Shown: in pieces, positions 27,841 through 39,969 of the stretch
Layout: each line of letters starts with the position of its first letter
Numbering within the stretch: the first letter of the stretch is position 1
Assembly (NCBI RefSeq): GCF_006345805.1
Contig: NW_021834627.1
Span: 1 to 60,395 of the forward strand
Direction: 5' to 3'
Length of the DNA: 60,395 nt
Source of the DNA: Octopus sinensis
Lineage: Eukaryota
Translations under genes and position numbers: made by a program
Notes under the pieces: generated by a model
What the model was told of the DNA's origin: nothing
Database searches by the model: none
The model's input: the letters and a program-made list of their open reading frames with translations, nothing else

Positions 27841-27997
27841 GACTATTATAAAAGGTTTGCCTCCTTGGCACAGCCAGAATAATCAGGAAAGTATTAGAGT
27901 TGAAAAGAACAGATAGCATGGTACCGTAGGCTTTAGGTAGCAAGCCCGCTACACGTGCAAGACTCCAGGAAATTCAATAATAATAATATTGATAATA
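27841..27997 (+). mobile_element. Second R4/Dong-like 3' end with (AAT)n tail
   Basis: KVCLLGTARIIRKVLE followed by a short UTR and AATAATAATAAT. Confidence 0.75.
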
Positions 27998-28366
27998 ATC
28001 CTTTCTACTGGTGGCACAAGGCCTCAACTTTGTGGGGAGGGAACTAGCCGATTACATCGATCCCTGAAAGGATGAAAGGCAAAGTCAACCTCGGCGGAAT
28101 TTGAACTCAGAATATAAAGTCAGAGGAAATACCACAATGCATTTCGGCCGGCGTGCTAACGATCCTTCCAGATTGCCAATAATGATAATGGTTTCAAATT
28201 TTGACACTAGGCCAGAAATTCCTGGGGAGGGGTACTTATTTTATCAACCCTGAAAGGATGAAAGGTAAAGTCTACCTTGGCGGCATTTGAACTCTAAACG
28301 TAAATACACACGAAATGCCGCTAAGCATTTTGCCCTGCGTGCTAACGATTCTGCCACCTCACCGCC
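27998..28366 (-). mobile_element. Two SINE B copies within the (AAT)n tract
   Basis: Homology to family B. Confidence 0.82.
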
Positions 28367-28427
28367 ATTATAATTATATTTATGTAGTTATAATTATAAT
28401 AGCAAAAACAAAAACAACAACAACAAT

Positions 28428-28842
28428 AGGCGCAGGAGTGGCTGTGTGGTAAGTAGCTTGTTTACCAACCACATGGTTCTGGGTTCAGTCCCACTGCGTG
28501 ACACCTTGGGCAAGTGTTTTCTACTATAGTCTCGGGCCGACCAAAGCCTTGTGAGTGGATTTGGTAGGCGGAAATTGAAAGAAGCCCGTCGTATATATGT
28601 ATATATATATATGCGTGTGTGTGTTTGTGTGTCTGTGTTTGTCCCCCTAGCATTGCTTGACAACCGATGCTGGTGTGTTTATGTCCCTGTTACTTAGCGG
28701 TTCGGCAAAAGAGACCGATAGAATAAGTACTGGGCTTACAAAAGAATAAGTCCTGGGGTCGATTTGCCCGATTAAAGGCGGTGCTCCAGCATGGCCGCAG
28801 TCAAATGACTGAAACAAATGAAAGAGTAAAAGAGAGTAAGAG
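28428..28842 (+). mobile_element. SINE family A, full length
   Basis: Homology to family A. Confidence 0.92.
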
Positions 28843-28969
28843 TGCGCGAAAGGTAAACCGCGATATGGCGAGGGATTACTGTAGATCTAAATGCCGATTT
28901 AGACCCCCTAATCTCTGGATGTAAAGTATTAGCACCAGTGGAGTATAAATCAAGGCAACAATAATAATT

Positions 28970-29441
28970 ATGCAATGATTCAGTGCGGTCACCTGACCAG
29001 ACATCGGAGACCGGACATTGTTGTGGTGAATAAAAAAAAAAATTAAAAAAGAACTTGCATGATAATCGGCAGAGCATTTCCCGGTGACAACAGGATCAAA
29101 GAGCCAGGAGAAAAACTGAACAACTACGGCGATTTGAAGAGGGGAACATATAATGGTTGTGATCAATGAGGAGAGCAGACGTGATACCAATAGTAATTTG
29201 GTGCACTTGGAAGTATCGGCACTCAACTACCAGCATGGCTCAAAAAGATTGGTACAAATGTAAAGATAGAACACCTACAAAAACCAGCATTGCTTGAAAC
29301 TGCAAGAATTCTTCGCAAGGTTCTTGAAGCATGACCAGTAAACAAGTGTCACCTTAGTCTGCTGGCTGTGAACAGCAGACACTTTCCATCATACCCAGCA
29401 AAATAAGCTGAGAGCTTTCATCAAATAGTAATAATAATAAT
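28970..29441 (+). mobile_element. Third R4/Dong-like 3' end (REL domain) with (AAT)n tail
   Basis: IQCGHLTRHRRPDIVVVNK...VIPIVI...GALG...LQKPALLETARILRKVLEA*. Confidence 0.85.
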
Positions 29442-29858
29442 GGCTTCAAATTTGTGCACAAGGCCAGTAATTCCGGGTGGGGTGGCTAAATCGATTACAT
29501 CGTTCCCATTACTCAACTGCTATTTATTTTATCGACACTGAAAGGATGAAAAGCAAAATCAACTTTGGCAGAACCTGAACTTAAAACGTAAAGACGGCCG
29601 AAATGCCGCTAAGCATTGCGCCCAGCATGCTAACGATTTTGATAATGATTTCAAATTTTTACCACAAGGGCAGCTTGAGGGGAGGGAATTAAATCGATTA
29701 CATCGACCCCAGTGTTTCACTGGTACTTAATTTATCGACCCCGAAAGGATGGAAAGCAAAGTCGACCTCAGTGGAATTTGAACTCAGAAGGTAGCGACGG
29801 GCGAAATACTGCCAAGCATTCCATGCTGCGTGCTAACAATTCTGCCAGCTCGCCGCCT
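29442..29858 (-). mobile_element. Two SINE B copies
   Basis: Homology to family B. Confidence 0.82.
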
Positions 29859-30107
29859 TTCTAACGATTCTAATAATAAAATCAATGCGAACAGCTTCTG
29901 AGCTTCAGAATATTGCAGATCTTAAGATGAAAGATTGAAAAGTAGTTGTATACTGTCAACTTAATGTGATAGTCCCATGAAGGGAATAATACTACTGCTA
30001 TTTAGCCCTAGGAAGCATCAACGCTTCCTGTCGGCCTTGACACATTTCTTGTGTCCTTATGTTTACAAGGGGAAGACAAGCACCCCCACCCAGCTAAGCC
30101 AGTAATT

Positions 30108-30144
30108 AGAGACTAGTTTCTGAGTATTTGCTCGTCATCAGTCT
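30108..30144 (-). ncRNA. Type I hammerhead ribozyme, copy 1
   Basis: Minus strand AGA-CUGAUGA-C GAG CAAAUA CUC A-GAAA-CUAG-UC|UCU; predicted cleavage between 30111 and 30110. Confidence 0.8.
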
Positions 30145-30457
30145 GGAGTAGCATGGCTTGATAGCTGGAGATGCTTGTCTAGCCTTTGTAAACATATAAG
30201 AATTCTAGTGAAATAAATCTACTGATTACAAAAATAGAAATATTACATTCCTAAATATCTCAGAGATATATAAGCAGTAGTGGTATGATAGAGTAGTTGT
30301 ATACTGTCAACTTAATGTGACAGTCCCATGAAGGGAATCACACCACTGCTATTTAGCCCTAGGAAGCATCAACGCTTCCTGTCGGCATTGACACATTTCT
30401 TGTGTCCTTATGTTTACAAGGGGGAGACAAGTACCTCCACCCAGCTAAGCCTGCAGT

Positions 30458-30496
30458 CAGAGACTAGTTTCTGAGTATTTGCTCGTCATCAGTCTG
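30458..30496 (-). ncRNA. Type I hammerhead ribozyme, copy 2
   Basis: Minus strand CAGA-CUGAUGA-C GAG CAAAUA CUC A-GAAA-CUAG-UC|UCUG; predicted cleavage between 30462 and 30461. Confidence 0.82.
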
Positions 30497-30656
30497 GAGT
30501 AGCATGGCCTGCTAGTCGGAGATGCCCATCTAGCCCCTGTAAACATATGATTATTGTAGTGGAATACATTCACTGATTTCGAAAATAGAAATAATACATT
30601 TCTAAATCTCTCACAGAGATTTATGCAGCAGTGATACGATAAAGTAGTTGTATACT

Positions 30657-30878
30657 CTTTTACTCTTTTACTCTTTTACTTGTTTCAGTCATTTGACTGC
30701 GGCCATGCTGGAGCACCGCCTTTAGTCGAGCAAATCGACCCCGGGACTTATTCTTTTGTAAGCCCAGTACTTATTCTATCGGTCTCTTTTGCCGAACCGC
30801 TAAGTGACGGGGCCGTAAACACACCAGCATCGGTTGTCAAGCAATGCTAGGGGGACAAACACAGACACACAAACACAT

Positions 30879-30922
<44 letters not shown>

Positions 30923-31080
30923 GACAGGCTTCTTCCAGTTTCCGTCTACCAAATCCACTCACTAGGCTTTGGTCGGCCCGAGGCTATAGTAGAAGACACC
31001 TGCCCAAGGTGCCACACAGTGGGACTGAACCCGGAACCATGTGGTTGGTAAACAAGCTACCTACCACACAGCTACTCCTT
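30657..31080 (-). mobile_element. SINE family A, full length
   Basis: Homology to family A. Confidence 0.92.
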
Positions 31081-31924
31081 AGCCACTCCAACATAATTTG
31101 TCTATCCTTGTCTTGACATCTGTATTGCGTCCATTTCCGCCTTTCAGAAACCGCACTAAGCACGTCAGTCATTCCTTTCCCGCCAGAACATCTACTCTCT
31201 GGAATCCTTTTTGTGTGCTTTCTCCAGCAGTTGTTAGTTTCCGCTTTTTCATTTTCAAGACTTATCAACCGTTGTTAGGCGGGGAATTGGCAAAATCTTT
31301 TGAATGTTGTGTAAAATACTTTGTGTGGTGTCCATTCCAACCCTCTGTACTTTGAGTTCAAATCCCACAGAGGTCAACTTTGCCTTTCATCATTTCAAAG
31401 GTCAACAAACTACCGAGCCAGTAATACGATTTTCTTCCCTCCCTCTCTCTCTTCCTTTCCCTCTCTCTCCTCTCCCTCCTCTCTCTCTTCCTTTCCTTCT
31501 CTCTCCTCTTCCCCCTCTCTCCCTCTCTGAAAGAAATCAGTTGTGATCAAACAAAGAAAGAAATGGGATCCATCTAGGTTTAAATATTCATGCCAAGCTG
31601 GCGGATCTCCATGAAGGCTTTGGGACCTAAGGAAGGAATCTAAAGGTTATTGATCCAAGACAAACCATTCTGGTTGTCAGTGTTATCTAACGATGAGCAC
31701 TCCTCGTTCTTCCAGACCAATTTGTCGCCACCTTGTTTGTCTCCTCCCCACTTAAATTTAAGTAACAAAAAATGTGCAGCACACATATGAACAAAGTCTA
31801 TAGCATATAGACTTGACCTTGAAAGCACTGCTCTTGACCAAACCAATATATATACATACTGACATTCATACATACATACGCACACACACGCACACACACA
31901 CACACACACACACATACGTACGTA

Positions 31925-32922
31925 CACATACATACATACATACATACATACATAGGGTAAAGACCCCCTTCGGTCAAGAATGACCATGGGATTGCACCTA
32001 GAAAGTTACCCTCCTAGACACAAGTCCGGGCAAGGTTGTTTATGGAAGACCAGTAGTCGCCCATGCATACCGGCCTCCCCTCTCCACGCCACCAGTGTTA
32101 TCCAAGGGAAAGACAGAGGCTGATACAGCTTGGCACCTGTGACGTCGCAACTCATTTCTACAGCTGAGTGAACTGGAGCAACGTGAAATAAAGTGTCTTG
32201 CTCAAGAACACAACACGCAGCCCGGTCTGGGATTCGAGCTCACAACCTATACACACATACATATATACATACATTCATACATACATACATACATTCATAC
32301 ATACATACATGCATACATACATGCATGCATACATACATGCATACATACATACATACATACATACATACATACATAATACATACATTCATACATGCATACA
32401 TACATACATACATACATACACATACATACATACACATACATACATACATAGGGTAAAGACCCCCTTCGGTCAAGAATGACCATGGATTGCACCTAGAAAG
32501 TTACCCTCCTAGACACAAGTCCGGGCAAGGTTGTTTATGGAAGACCAGTAGTCGCCCATGCATACCGGCCTCCCCTCTCCACGCCACCAGTGTTATCCAA
32601 GGGAAAGACAGAGGCTGATACAGCTTGCACCTGTGACGTCGCAACTCATTTCTACAGCTGAGTGAACTGGAGCAACGTGAATAAAGTGTCTTGCTCAAGA
32701 ACACCACGCAGCCCGGTCTGGGATTCGAGCTCACAACCTATACACACATACATATATACATACATTCATTACATACATACATACATTCATACATACATAC
32801 ATGCATACATACATGCATGCATACATACATGCATACATACATACATACATACATACATACATACATAATACATACATTCATACATGCATACATACACATA
32901 CATACATACATACATACATACA

Positions 32923-32950
<28 letters not shown>
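31925..32950 (-). repeat. ~497-bp tandem duplication of a SINE C variant plus an (ATAC)n tract
   Basis: AGGGTAAAGACCCCCTTCGGTCAAG at ~31953 and ~32450; partial inverted copy at 33140-33298. Confidence 0.9.
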
Positions 32951-32954
<4 letters not shown>

Positions 32955-33299
32955 CTACTCTACCGTAATAGCTTCAACTTACGGCACCTAACATTGTCAC
33001 ATGACATTAAAGAATGGACGTAGCGGGGCACTTACCAAAACTTTCTAAGCCTAATCAGGCGTTCATCCTCAGCCAATCAAATCGTATCCAAAACAGAGAC
33101 TAATTTGTGCCATATTCTCACTATTTGTGCCATATTTGCCAAGTTGTATCGGCCCCTTTGCCTTCCCCTTGGAGAGGAGAGGCCGGTATGCATGGGCGAC
33201 TGCTGGTCTTCCATAAACAACCTTGCTCGGACTTGTCCCTGGGAGGGGAACTTTCTAGGTACAATCCCATGGTCAGTCATGACCGAAGGGGGTCTCAGC

Positions 33300-33317
33300 A
33301 GTATGTATGTATGTATG

Positions 33318-33348
<31 letters not shown>

Positions 33349-33660
33349 GTATATATGTATGTAGGTATGTATGTATGTATGCATGTATGTATGTATGTAT
33401 GTATGTATGTATGTATGTACGTATGTATGTATGTATGTATGTATGTATGTAGGTATGTATGTATGTATGCATGTATGTATGTATGTATGTATGTACGTAT
33501 GCATGTATGTATGTACGTATGCATGTATGTATGTATGTATGTATGTATGTATGTATGTATGTTTGTATGTATGTATGTATGTATGTATGTATGTATGTAT
33601 GTATGTATGTATGTATGTACGCGTGTAAGTATATATGTATGACTATATGTATATATGTAG
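33300..33660. repeat. (ATGT)n microsatellite
   Basis: Direct reading. Confidence 0.97.
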
Positions 33661-33891
33661 GTATGCAAAATTTTAGGTAGTCAGAGATGTAAGGTTTACC
33701 TTTTAATAAACATACAATTTAAGCCTCGTTGTGAAGAGGAAACAAAGTTCTTGCATCTGACGTTCCATTCCTCGTGGGCCTAAAAAGCGGGATTAATCTA
33801 ATCTGGAGAGAAGAAAACCTCTCGTATAAACCACTTTAATTACTTTTCTCAGCGAGGCTAAAACTAGATGTTTATTAAAGTAGCACATATT

Positions 33892-33964
33892 ACACAAACA
33901 CACGCACACACACACACACACACCACACACACACACACACATACACACACACACATACACACAA

Positions 33965-33995
<31 letters not shown>

Positions 33996-34376
33996 CAACA
34001 CACAACAAACACACACACAAACACACACACAAACACACACACAAACACACACACACACACACACACACACCACACAAACACACACACACACACAAAACAC
34101 ACCACACACAAACACCACACACACACACACACAAACACACACACAACACACCCACACACACACACACACACACAACAAACACACACAAACACACAACCAA
34201 CAAAACACACACACCAACACACACACACCACACACACACCCCAACACACACACACACAAACAACCCACACACACACAAACCACAACACACACACACAAAA
34301 CACACCAACACACAACACACACACAACACACAAACACACACAAACACACAAACCACAAACACACAAACACAACACC

Positions 34377-34407
<31 letters not shown>

Positions 34408-34449
34408 CACACAAACACACACACAAACACACACACAAACACACACACA

Positions 34450-34480
<31 letters not shown>
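33892..34480. repeat. Degenerate (CA)n block
   Basis: Direct reading. Confidence 0.97.
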
Positions 34481-34485
<5 letters not shown>

Positions 34486-34500
34486 TGGATATACATCGCA

Positions 34501-34690
34501 ACGTGGTCTATTTCCTGTCCTCCATGTGGTCAATTTCCTGTTCGCCATGCGGTGTTTTCCAACAAACAGTTACCCATAGATCAACATCAAACCACGACAC
34601 AGTGTGACCTTACTCGACCAATCGCAGCCGACCTTAACGGTCATAACAATCGGCTTCTGCCATTCAAATTCAAAATGGCTGACGACTAGC
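34501..34690. promoter_or_regulatory. Candidate cis-regulatory island
   Basis: 23-bp triplication pairing Runx-like TG(T/C)GGT with Ets-like TTCCTG; CCAAT at 34618; YY1-like CAAAATGGC at 34671. Confidence 0.3.
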
Positions 34691-34765
34691 TATCACGCTT
34701 GAAACTCAAAAGTACCAACGAATTTGAATCAAACTGTTTTGTGTGTGTGTGTGTGTGTGTGTGTT

Positions 34766-34823
<58 letters not shown>

Positions 34824-35012
34824 CGCGTGCGTGTGTGTGTAATGAATTCTCTTGTGAACGATAAATGAAGGTTCTGTAGAATAAGTGTTAATCATGTTCT
34901 ATGGACACGAATGTGTCTCTTGAGGTTTGCTGGTGCCTTGCAAACCTATTGGCAAATAGAACAAGTTGAAGACTCAGTTTAATTGAGTGCTTGTGTGTGT
35001 GTGTGCGTATAT

Positions 35013-35057
<45 letters not shown>

Positions 35058-35159
35058 AGAATTCACAAAAAAGCAAAAGACGAAGACAGGTAGTGTAGAC
35101 AACAAACAGATGTATTAGTTTAACGCTCGGGAAGTGAAAAAGTCTATAACGTTTCGAGC

Positions 35160-35188
<29 letters not shown>

Positions 35189-35191
<3 letters not shown>

Positions 35192-35413
35192 GGTGATTCA
35201 AAAGTCTCCATGTATCAACAACAACAGGTATCACCAGGTGTGCTATTACGAGTTCACAATAATCGGGGCAAACGTATTGAAATGTGTTTTCAAAGCAACG
35301 GTAACAATACAGAGCCTGTTAAGTAAAAAGAACAAAAAAACTGTTCTTATAACCTGTTTGTTGTAAAAAGAAAATAAATTGTTCCTATGTATGCCGACTT
35401 TTGAATCACCCTG
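35189..35413 (+). mobile_element. Tc1/mariner MITE
   Basis: Perfect 18-bp TIR CAGGGTGATTCAAAAGTC with TA flanks; interior resembles a transposase C-terminus. Confidence 0.92.
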
Positions 35414-35434
35414 TATATATATATATATATATTA

Positions 35435-35840
35435 TACTCTTTTACTCCTTTACTTGTTTCAGTCATTTGACTGCGGCCATGCTGGAGCACCACCTTTAAT
35501 CGAGCAACTCGACCCCGGGACTTATTCTTTGTAAGCCCAGTACTTATTCTATCGGTCTCTTTTGCCGAACCGCTAAGTGACGGGGACATAAACACACCAG
35601 CATCGGTTGTCAAGCAATGCTAGGGGGACAAACACAGACACACAAACACACACAAACACATATATATACATACATATATACGACGGGCTTCTTTCAGTTT
35701 CCGTCTACCAAATCCACTTACAAGACTTTGGTCGGCACGAGTATAGTAGAAGACACTTGCCCAAGGTGCCACGCAGTGGGACTGAACCCAGAACCATGTG
35801 GTTGGTAAACAAGCTACTTCCACACAGCCACCCCTGCGCC
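35435..35840 (-). mobile_element. SINE family A
   Basis: Homology to family A. Confidence 0.9.
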
Positions 35841-35936
<96 letters not shown>

Positions 35937-35951
35937 TATTATATATATATA

Positions 35952-35997
<46 letters not shown>

Positions 35998-36063
35998 TAT
36001 TATACCAGGTAGTGCTATTAAGTTAGACATGGCCTGGGCCAATAATGGCCGAAACCTATCAAA

Positions 36064-36104
<41 letters not shown>

Positions 36105-36146
36105 ACATACATACATTACATATTATATATATTATATATTATATAT

Positions 36147-36194
<48 letters not shown>

Positions 36195-36404
36195 TATATA
36201 ATATACACACACACATATATATATATATATACATATAAGGTTACTTTTTCCTCTCTGACATTCACCATTACTGTTATTGAGGAGAGAACGTTCTTTCAAA
36301 AGCTGGAACAATGTGTGGTGTACGTACGCAAATGCTTGCCTGCACGTGTAGTTTTAAGTATTTTAACTTATACACCCATTTGTAAGTCTATAAAAATAAT
36401 AAAT

Positions 36405-37027
36405 AAATGTGCCCTTTCAAAGCCTAACCAGGCCCATGGGCCCGGTTTCCCGGTTTCTATGGCGTACGTGTTCTCCAGCTGGACGGGACGCCAGTCCATC
36501 GCAGCGTTACTCATTTTTGCCAGCTGAGTGGACTGGAGCAACGTGAAATGAAGTGTTTTGCTCAAGAACACAATGCATCGCCCGGTCCAGGAATCGAAAC
36601 TACAATCTTACGATCATGATGCTGACACCCTCAAAGGGCTAAACACAGAGAGGACAAACAAGGACAGACAAATGGATTAAGTCGATTATATCGACCCCAG
36701 TGCGTAACTGGTACTTATTTAATCGACCCCGAAAGGATGAAAGGCGAAGTCGACCTCGTCGGAATTTGAACTCAGAACGTAGCGGCAGACGAAATACCAA
36801 TTTCTTTACTACCCACAAGGGGCTAAACACAGAGAGGACAAACAAGGACAGACAAACGGATTAAGTCGATTACATCGACCCAATGCGTAACTGGTACTTA
36901 ATTTATCGATCCCGAAAGGATGAAAGGTAAAGTCGACCTCGACGGAATTTGAACTCAGAACGTAGCGGCAGACGAAATACGGCTAAGCATTTCGTCCGGT
37001 GTGCTAACGTTTCTGCCAGCTCACCGC
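36405..37027 (-). mobile_element. SINE C copy abutting a SINE B dimer
   Basis: Family C at 36405-36632; family B tandem units at 36633-37027. Confidence 0.85.
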
Positions 37028-37029
37028 TG

Positions 37030-38230
37030 TCAGCTCATTGTCTTAGTAAGGTTAATATAATACTTTTTTTTTTTATCCAGAATTCTCTGCTTATTTATTT
37101 TACTGTTACCCTCAAGTTTTCTAATAAAGAAAAAACCTTTCATCTGATTTTCTTTGCAGTAAAGGTGCGCAATATTCCATGGAGTACATCCTTCGTCATC
37201 AAAGAGGGAATATTTTTCCAAGGAGCTACTTTCCATCTATCGTGATACTACTTACATGATGAAGATAGACTTGATCCTTAGAAAGACTTCGGTGCTTATT
37301 GGTTAATAGATAATATCGAAGGAATATAACGCTGCTTGAATCGATATTAAACCTCTGGTTCCATGTTTTCATTTTAGGTGAGGATGGTCGATATCATTAT
37401 TGATGTGGAAATTTCTGTCTGATAGCACCTAGTAGATTTCGAGCCTGAACATCAATGACTCAGATTTCATCCAGCGCCTAACAGAGTAGCGAAGTATCGG
37501 TTTCAAATTTTGGCACAATGCCAGCGATTTCATCGACCGCCAATACTCAACTGGTACTTATTTTATCAACCTCCACAAGGATGAAAGGCGAAGTCGACTA
37601 CGGTAGCATTTGAACTCAGAACGTAAAGAGGGACGAAATACCTATTTCTTTACTGCCCACAAGGGGCTACACACAGAGGGGACAAACAAGGACAGACAAA
37701 CTGATTAAGTCGATTATATCGACTCCAGTGCGTAACTGGTACTTATTTAATTGACCCCGAAAGGATGAAAGGCAAAGTCGACCTCGGCGGAATTTGAACT
37801 CAGAACATAAAGAAGGACGAAATGCCTATTTCTTTATTGCCCACAAGGGGCTACACACAGAGGGGACAAACAAGGACAGACAAACGGATTAAGTCGATTA
37901 CATCGACCCCCAGTGTGCAACTGGTACTTAATTCATTGACCCCCGAAAGGATGAAAGGCAAAGTCGACCTCGGCGGAATTTGAACTCAAAACGTAGCGGC
38001 AGACGAAATGCCGCTAAGCATTTCGCCCGGCGTGATAACGATTCTGCCAATTCGCCGCCTTATGCAGTAGCTAAGTATTGATGTAGTGTATGCAGAGGGC
38101 TCTGATGGCTTCGTTATTTTTCATCCGGCTGTAACATCCTCTCGTTACGTGTTATCAGAGGATATTATCAGAGGATATATTTTCATCAAGTTCTTGGTGC
38201 CTAAAGCATTTTTGTCGGATAATGAACGAA
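37030..38230 (-). mobile_element. R4-like REL LINE remnant (post-RT region) split by a SINE B trimer (37499-38062)
   Basis: ELDENIS, IDVQARNLL...NFHINNDIDH...GTRGLISI and NQMKGFF; TSD-like AGTAGC(G/T)AAGTAT around the SINE block. Confidence 0.7.
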
Positions 38231-38309
38231 TAATCGCACCATAAATAGAGATGATGCTAGATTGGTCGGTAGTTTTATCTTTTCTTTCTCGTTTTACAAT
38301 CAGGCCGTA

Positions 38310-38750
38310 ATCTTTTATTTTTTGTTTGTTTCGGTCATTAGACTGCGACCATGCTGGGGCACCGCCTTGAAGAATTTTTTAATCGAATGAATCGACCTCA
38401 GTACTTATTTTCTTTTTTTAAAGCCTGGTGCTTATTCTATCGATCACTTACTCGAACCGCTAAGTTACGGGAATATAAACACACCAACGCCGGTTGTCAA
38501 GCTCTGATTGAGGACAAACACAGGCACAAACATATACGCATGCGCGCGCACACACACACACACACACATACGCACACACACATATATACAACAAGCTTCT
38601 TTCTGTTTCCATCTACCAAATCCAAAATCCACTCACAAAGTTTTGGTCGTCCCGAGGCTATAGCAGAAGACACCTGTCCAAGGTGCCACACAGTAAGACC
38701 GAACCCGGAACCATGATGTTGGGAAGCAAGCTTCTCACTTCACAGCCACA
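38310..38750 (-). mobile_element. SINE family A, diverged
   Basis: Homology to family A. Confidence 0.82.
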
Positions 38751-39930
38751 CTTATTTGAAACCGATACTTTGCTACTCTGTTAGGCACTGGATGAAATCC
38801 GAGCCATTGGTCACACTTATCCTTTGAGAATGTCGTGAACCATTCATTCACACCATTTACATTTTTATGATAAGATATTTCGTGTGCGCTAATCACACGC
38901 TCTTCAGATTTCCTTGACAAAAATGGTAAAAGGTTCCCTGAAACTCTAAACAGAATCACTAGGAGATTGTTTCATTCCTGTCTGTTATAGGTACAAGTCG
39001 GGATCAGTCGATTACATCGCCCCTATTGTACGTTGTTCATCTGGTATTTTATTTTATCGATCCCGAAAGGATGAAAGCCAAAGCTGACTTCGGAGGAAAT
39101 TGAACTTAGCACGTAATAAATATACATCAGCAACAGAGACAGTATTAATACGAAGAGGTAATATTTAGCCCCACTTAAAAGTGGATGTTCTATTAGAACA
39201 AATTATACTGTAGTAGATACTATGAGAGAACCTCTCTCATTTTTTGGTGCAAATGCACTCTTGTGTATATCGCTAGCGGGGAGATAAATGCCTGCCATCT
39301 CCATCGCTGAGGCCACCAGTTCACGTCATTCCGACCTTCCATGGTCTCGTCAATGATGGACGCTCGACCAGTAGAACGTAATGTCGGAAGAAATAACGTT
39401 TAGCATTTTGTCCGGTGTACTAACGATTGTGTCTCAATAAAATATATTTCGATAGTACGCATTTCTTATTTTTTAATGAATGAATGAATGAATGAATTTA
39501 TTTATTTATTTATTTGAAAATCTTCAAGTAAAGAAGGAATTGGTTTCTAACAAAGAAACAAAACTCCGTCACTGATGTCAATATTGCAACAACGATAAAG
39601 AGTTACAAGCCGAACTTTAGTAAAAACCCTCCATATTTTTACTGAACCATTTACAGGTTGTATTAGCAAACTGTATGGCAGTTAATCATTTTCTTTCTTT
39701 GAAAACCCCAGCTTTTCACGACTACTACGAAGGCACTTCGTAACATAACGAAGTGCAACATCTAAGTACACATATAAATATAGGTACATATATAAATTTA
39801 TAATCTGGGTTGAGAAACTGCAGGTTTCGAAATAGTTTTTATAAAATTATTTATCTATATATTTATTTTACTTGTTTTATACCATGTGTTTGTGTGTATA
39901 CATATATCCATATATACACATGTATGTATG

Positions 39931-39964
<34 letters not shown>

Positions 39965-39969
<5 letters not shown>

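Larger units (their letters stand above)
29941..30656 (-). mobile_element. Candidate non-LTR retrozyme: 351-bp tandem unit, two copies plus 14 bp
   Basis: AGTAGTTGTATACT recurs at 29941, 30292 and 30643; one hammerhead per unit; extensive self-complementarity; no ORF. Confidence 0.8.

Noticed and set aside
36030-36062. GGCC-loop-GGCC-GAAAC hairpin
   Set aside because: No CUGANGA box upstream.
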